Positions 58,383-64,000 of a DNA stretch of 64,000 bases are shown here, piece by piece. Both the position numbers and the translations under genes were made by a program. Location of the stretch: NCBI GenBank assembly GCA_030390025.1, contig CM059427.1:186620001-186684000 (forward strand). Direction: 5' to 3'. The notes under the pieces are model-generated. The model was given only the letters and a program-made list of their open reading frames with translations, ran no database searches and was not told the origin of the DNA. Origin of the DNA: Squalus acanthias. Its lineage: Eukaryota. Numbering within the stretch: position 1 is the first letter of the stretch; every line of letters starts with the position of its first letter.

Positions 58383-60734
58383 TTACGCGGCGCTTTCCTC
58401 GTGCACGCACACGTAACGTTCTCGCCACTCTCCTGTGTTCTCCTGCTTTGTGAGGCGCTTGCCTCTCTTGCAGTGCACGACCAATAGGTACACTACAATT
58501 ATTACTTGGCACACAACTAAAATGTGGGAGGCTATCCTAATCCATGAAGGCACTTCAATATTGGTGTACAGATCCCAACACGGTGGGATCACTATGTCTA
58601 GAATTTCTGACCCTATCTCGACAGTCTTTTGCTCTAGTGTATAAAAATGTTTTTGCAATACCGCGACGGCTTTCAAAAGCTTGGTGAGGTGTTCAGGGAG
58701 AGGGAGAATGATGTATCCAAAATGCGCGACGAATCACTGCAAGTCGGTAAAATTCTCTTTTACTGTTAGATGAACAGTGGATGGTTCAGGGATCGGGACA
58801 ATTCTCTGCTGTGCCACTTGAACTTCAGCCCTGGGTTTAAAACAGAAACTGCTGTCACTCACCGGACACCGACTACGGTTTCCATGCTGGTAGTGTTGCG
58901 CTGCAGTGGTAACGCAATATGTTCCACCCCCTATGTATGCCACCTGCGGAGGCACATGATCTTGTGCCATTGCCTCCATGGTGCAATTCATGGGCTTGGC
59001 GCCAGCCGTTCTGAACCCGCATTGTGGTGTTAGAAAGGCATTCAAGTGCTGGGGACACAGTATTATGTGTGCTCCCCGGCCACGACAACCAGAGAGATCG
59101 GTACCTGTCATCGTTTGCTCCCAGCGGATGACGTAAGGTGGGACCGCTGCGTAGCGAATGTGGGCTCCCCCCTGAATGACACCAATGTTCTCTACCCGAT
59201 ACACTGGGGCGGGCTGTGCTGTGTCGCCCAAAACCGGCATACGTAATACTATACCCATAATGGTATGGTTTGACCGTCCGCAGTCCACGGGGACTGGGTA
59301 TGCTTCTGAGGCTAGCCTGAGCTGGCACGGGCTTAATCCGTTCTGAAAAGGGTGGAGCGCCTGCAGGTGTTTGTTACTTATCCAGGACGGGACCAAACCT
59401 TGTTTTAAATCCTCCAAATTACTGCGGCCCTCGCCCAGTAACCACGCCCCGTAAAGCACGCACACCTCGTTCTGCGCAGCCTGATCGGACGCATTCCGAT
59501 CTTCCCTAATCAGGGCATTTACCATACGTGCATGCTTCTCCAGCTCTGCTATAATTTCTTTTAAGTGTAGCGTCATGGCCTGGTCCTCATGTAACTCAGA
59601 CCCTACCACCTTATTTTCGCTTATTAGGATGCTTTTTAATTGAGTTTTTAAACCATTGATCTGGGTCTGCAGCTCCACGTTGTCTAGAGTGTTGACCACA
59701 GATGTCCCTGTATTGAAGGCAGTGAACATGTCGTTCACAACACCCCTTCTTTGTCTCCCCACCTGACCCAAAACTTCGTGTGGTGTGGTGTACAAGCTTG
59801 TTTTGTCAATCTCCGCAAAATCAAACTCGTAGAATTGTCTAAACATGTTGGTCAACAGGACCCGGTACAATTGTTCCGTCTCTTTGGGGCACCACTCTGG
59901 CAACCGCACCTCGGTGAGATTTAAAATCACCGAGGCCACCGCGTAATGTACCCCCTGAAATAGTATCTGGTCTGTAGGGACCAGTACCAAACCATTCCCG
60001 GGTCCCTTACTGGTTTTTGGGCACCCTTCCTCCTGAGCCAAAACCACCGGAATCGTGGGCGGGGCCTTGCGTGGGCGCGTGATGAGTTCAGTGGCGTTTA
60101 CCGGGATCGGAGAGTATGGAGCTCTGCACCCCCTGGTGCTGGCATCCCACCTCATCCCTTTCCCGTTATCCTGCCACTGGTTTATGAAAAATATGGAGAT
60201 GCCTTTGGGGCAAACGTGCTTTGACCCCCACATACATACATAGATTCCCTCATCCGGTTCCCACCATTTGTCCCAACAGACTTTCAATTGTCCGTTAGTC
60301 CCCGTAATTGTCCGATGGGTATTATTACCCAATCGCTCCCACTCGACCGAAGAATTTCTCATATTCCTGCTCAGCTTTCGTAGCCACCACCATCGGCTCA
60401 ATGGGACATTCCCATTGCAAGTCAAACAAATCCTTTTGCCGACGGTGACGCTGACTCTGGGTGCAATGATCCTCACTTTGGGGCACATCAAAGAAGTCTC
60501 TTTGTAGGCAAATCCCGATGTACTGGAGTATTCTGTTGAATTAGTTCCCAGCCATCCTGGCCACCTTCCCTTGTGGAAATAAGTGGCGGTCTCCTCAGCC
60601 TCTCGCCTCCCGGTCCCATCCGTCGCGATGGGGGCCGTGTCCCCGGAGCAACCAAACACCACGACATCCTTGGTGCGGCCTCGATAGGCCAATCCACATC
60701 CGATTGCCGCGAGCACTACCGGAATCCGTTCCAT
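58383..60734 (-). pseudogene. env: env of provirus 2; single CGA>TGA stop at 58734-58736, otherwise colinear with provirus 1 env
   Basis: ORFs 58734-60845 and 58383-58676 are in the same frame; provirus 1 has Arg at the stop position. Confidence 0.9.
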
Positions 60735-61017
60735 CTTTCCTTGGTTCCTGTGATCAGATAAAATGATGTAGCCAGCCTCCCAAGAGTCTCTGGCTTTTGT
60801 GAAGGGTGAGCGGGTCCCTTGACCTCGCCTCACGTAAAAAGACATGTGTTCTGGATAGACCTTTTAACTAAAACCTATTTCTAAAACTCCCATCATTTTA
60901 CCATTTGCAATTTAAATTAAACTATCAAACTTACAAAACTTACAAACTATAACTAAAACTTCTAACTTATCCTTAACTTAAAACTGTACAGTGCCACCCG
61001 TTCCCAGGGCGGCCTAT

Positions 61018-64000
61018 TCAAATTCTGCGACGGCTGCCACAAGCTTCTCCCGGCGGTGGGAGGGCACTGACCCCTTCTTTTGATCTGCCGCAGCCTGTTG
61101 CTGCTGCGCTGGGACTGGGATCTCCCTGGGCTGCCTTGGCCTTGAACCTACGCCTGGGGGCGCGCGGGGGACTTGACCATACCTTCCTGGGCTGGGGTGT
61201 CCGACTTGACCTATGGGGGGCTACCTGGGGCAAGATCTCCAGGACCGACGGACCGGGTACCGAGACTTCCACCGTCACGACCTGTGGTCCCACCACAGCC
61301 GCTGGCTCCGCCTCCCCTGACTCCGCCTCCCTGAACTCAGGATTTGCAGTTTCTGGTACCGCCCTACTTGGCCCAGTAGGCGGTCCTCCACTCGCAATCT
61401 CTATCTCCCCCAAGGGCAAGACTTCCAAGGCGGACGGACCGGGTTCCGAGACTTCCACTGTCACGGCCTGTGGTCCTACCACAGCCGCTGGCTCCGCCTC
61501 CCCTAGCTCCGCCCCCCTGGGCTCGGGACCTTCAGTTTCTGACTCCACCCTGTGTGGACCTCCACTCGCAATCCCTATCTCCCCTTCGCTTGAGTCGAGG
61601 GTGAACCTTTCACCCTCCAATCTCAGCTCCTCTCCGATCGGGTCACTATCTTGGTCGAGCTCCTCGAACTCTTCCTCATCTGAGTCCCAACCCCAAGAAA
61701 AGATCTTACACTTTCCTAGGATGTCCTCACCCCTCACGCAGGCCGCTTTATCGGTCTGTGTGCCCTGCGGTCCCACTTAGTGCACCGAGGTACCTTTACG
61801 GCGTATACCATGGGACTCGCCTTATCTACAATACTGTAGGGCCCCATATACAGTGGTTCCAGACTCCCTACTCTGGCATAGTTCCTGACCATGACCTGGT
61901 CTCCTACTTCCCACTCCTGCTTCTTGCGGGGTTCCAGCAACAGGCGATTGCCCTGATGCTGCTTTCCCATGTTCCCAGCCGCCTGCTCATAAACCTGCTT
62001 CAGGCGCTCCAAGAGGGTCTGGACGAACTTGTCCCTTTTCACCTCTTGGAGCTGACCCTCAGTGAGCACCGGCGCTAGTACATGGGTGGGGGTTCGCATG
62101 ATCCTCCTAGTCATCACCTCATGCGGGGAATACCCGTACTTTTCGACTGACTGGCCCGGATCCCCATGAGGACTAAAGGCAGAACCTCCGCCCATTTTTG
62201 GGGCGAGTTCATAGTCTCTTTCCTCAATTTCTCCTTCAGGGTCCGGTTCATGCGTTCAACAATCCCGGATGACTGGGGATTGTGCGCTACGTGCCACTTC
62301 CCTTCAATGCCCAAAAGCATGAGGGTGTTCTGCATCAGCTGGCCAGTGAAATGACTCCCTTGGTCTGACTCCACGAAACGGGGGAGTCCCCACCACGAGA
62401 ACACTTCCCGGACCAAGATTTTTGCAGTACCCAGCGCCGTAGCTGTTTTACAGGGGAAGGCTTCTACCCATTTGGAAAACACATCCACCAAGACAAGGCA
62501 GTATTTGTAGCCTCCCTGGGTGGTGGGCAGGGTCCCGACGTAATCGATCTGTATCGACTGCCATGGTCCCTCCACCCTCCTGATGTGCCCCATGTGCACT
62601 TTCCTTTTCTGGGGGTCTGGGTTGTTTGCAGCGCACACAAGACAGCTTGCACAGAACTCGCGGACCTGCTCGCTGAGTCCCGGCCACCATCCCGCCTGCT
62701 CTACCCGTTGCCAGGTAACCTCGGGCCCGGGGTGCCCTGCCCCCGGCCCCTCATGAGCCAACTGGAGGAATTCCCTCCTGTGCTGCTGCGGCACAACCCA
62801 CTGCTCCTCGCGGAACACCATGCCTTCTTTAACGGAGGGGGTTGCCGTACTGTACGGACCCTCTACCTGCTTGCCCTCAGCAATGGTTCTAAGAACTGCT
62901 TTTAGGGCGGGATCCTGGTTCTGGACTGTCTTAAGGTCTAGGGGCAGTGCTACCCTGGTGTTCCCGGGATTCCCTTCCCTACCTTGGATCGCTGCCACGG
63001 GTCCGGGCCCATAGGGGTCCCAGAAAATGCCGTTACGGGCACCCTCCCTGGCTAGCGCATCCGCCTGCTGGTTGCCCTCCCCACGGGGCTCTGTGGAGGA
63101 GTCAGCCTTCACCTTATGGATGAAAATCTCCCCTTCCTCCCCTACTGCTGCTAGGATCTTTTCCAGCAAGGGCTTCAACGTTAAAGGTCGCCCGTCCGCG
63201 GAGGTGTATCCACGGCGGGACCAAATGGCCAGGTATTCCGTACACGAATTGCATGTGAACATACTGTCCGAACAAATCGTGTATGGGGTTGGGAAAATTT
63301 CTGGGTGGGTAACGACGTACGCCACCGCAGACAGCTCAGCCTGCTGCGCGCTCATGGTGCTGGGGAGCTTAATCGCCAGGGCAAGGTTTGCCGCAGGGTC
63401 ATAAACACCACACCCTGTGAGTCGTTCGCCAGCGGACACTGTGCTGGACCCATCAACATAAATCTCGCGACCTGTGGGATGTATCCCGGCCCGCAAACCT
63501 ATGTTGACCTTCCACACCCCTTCCACCGAACACTGGTGGGCTGTACCGGGGTATACCAAATTGGCCGCAAGCCTGGGCTCGCAAAGACCTTTAACTCTAA
63601 GATCAATCTGGGAAAGGAGAAGGGTTCAGCGCGCAATTCGAGCGCTGCTTACGGTCCGGTCCCATCCTTAATCCTCCCATCTAGAAGCATCTTAGTTGAT
63701 GTGTGATGGGTGAGGAGAGTGATGGGAGAGAGACCTGTGAAGATCGCGGATCTTTTCACAGCCCAATGCGTGGCTAAAAGATGCCTTTCGCAATTGGAGA
63801 AACTCCTCTCCACATCCGTTAACACACTGGACGAATAGACAACCGGCCTAAGCTTGCCGTGACGCTCTTGGAGCAGCACAGCGCTCAAGCTGTCTCCACT
63901 GGCAGCTACCTCCAGGAAAAACCCCTTCCCCCCATCTATGGCCCCTAAAGCTGGCGCGGTCTGCAAATCCCTTTTTAACTTCTCGAAGGCGGCCTGGCAG
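61018..64000 (-). pseudogene. pol: pol 3' half: degenerate RNase H (tether), second RNase H, integrase (HHCC, DDE, GPY/F) and long low-complexity tail; several frameshifts
   Basis: FFLEVAAS...CERHLLA (first RH, catalytic residues lost); IYVDGS, SAQQAEL, ICSDS, GNQQAD (second RH); H..H..CxxC, QIDY, SDQG, SSGIVERMN, GPY. Lesions: 5-bp GGACC duplication and TGA near 63625-63660, 1-bp shift near 62135, deletion at about 61775. Confidence 0.92.

Larger units (their letters stand above)
56232..64000 (-). mobile_element. Provirus 2: decayed pol-containing relative of provirus 1 (continues beyond the window)
   Basis: 3' LTR, identical PPT, env, integrase, two RNase H domains. Confidence 0.95.

Noticed and set aside
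56232-64000. Provirus 2 as the direct helper of pol-less provirus 1
   Set aside because: Its pol has frameshifts and a stop and its LTR is a different subfamily; any helper must be elsewhere.
1-64000. CRISPR arrays, rRNA or prokaryotic systems
   Set aside because: No regularly spaced repeat-spacer array or rRNA-like sequence; the content is vertebrate.

Overview
Vertebrate genomic DNA, very probably from a cartilaginous fish (HE1-type V-SINEs, Deu-domain SINEs, CR1 LINEs, Penelope elements). The backbone is a + strand, TE-damaged four-Ig-domain receptor gene with CD4/LAG-3-like architecture (leader, V-C2-V-C2, TM, short tail; about 2.5-33.8 kb). A diverged copy of its upstream region at about 54.7-55.9 kb suggests a tandem cluster. 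Five insertions of one retrovirus-like group with 1.6-1.7 kb LTRs lie in the window; the four whose ends are both visible have 4-bp TSDs. (1) A very young complete provirus (12808-22040, minus) with LTRs differing by one base, a tRNA-Arg(UCG) PBS, intact gag and env, and no pol enzymes: the gag stop sits in a UGA-CUAG readthrough context and continues in frame into a coiled-coil insert fused to the integrase tail. (2) A decayed pol-bearing relative (56232 to window end) with two RNase H domains. (3) Three solo LTRs. The Env of both proviruses has the proportions of a paramyxo/pneumovirus-type F protein (lokiretrovirus-like) and carries an N-terminal immunoglobulin domain, the most striking observation here. 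All family assignments come from motif recognition by eye; no database searches were run.
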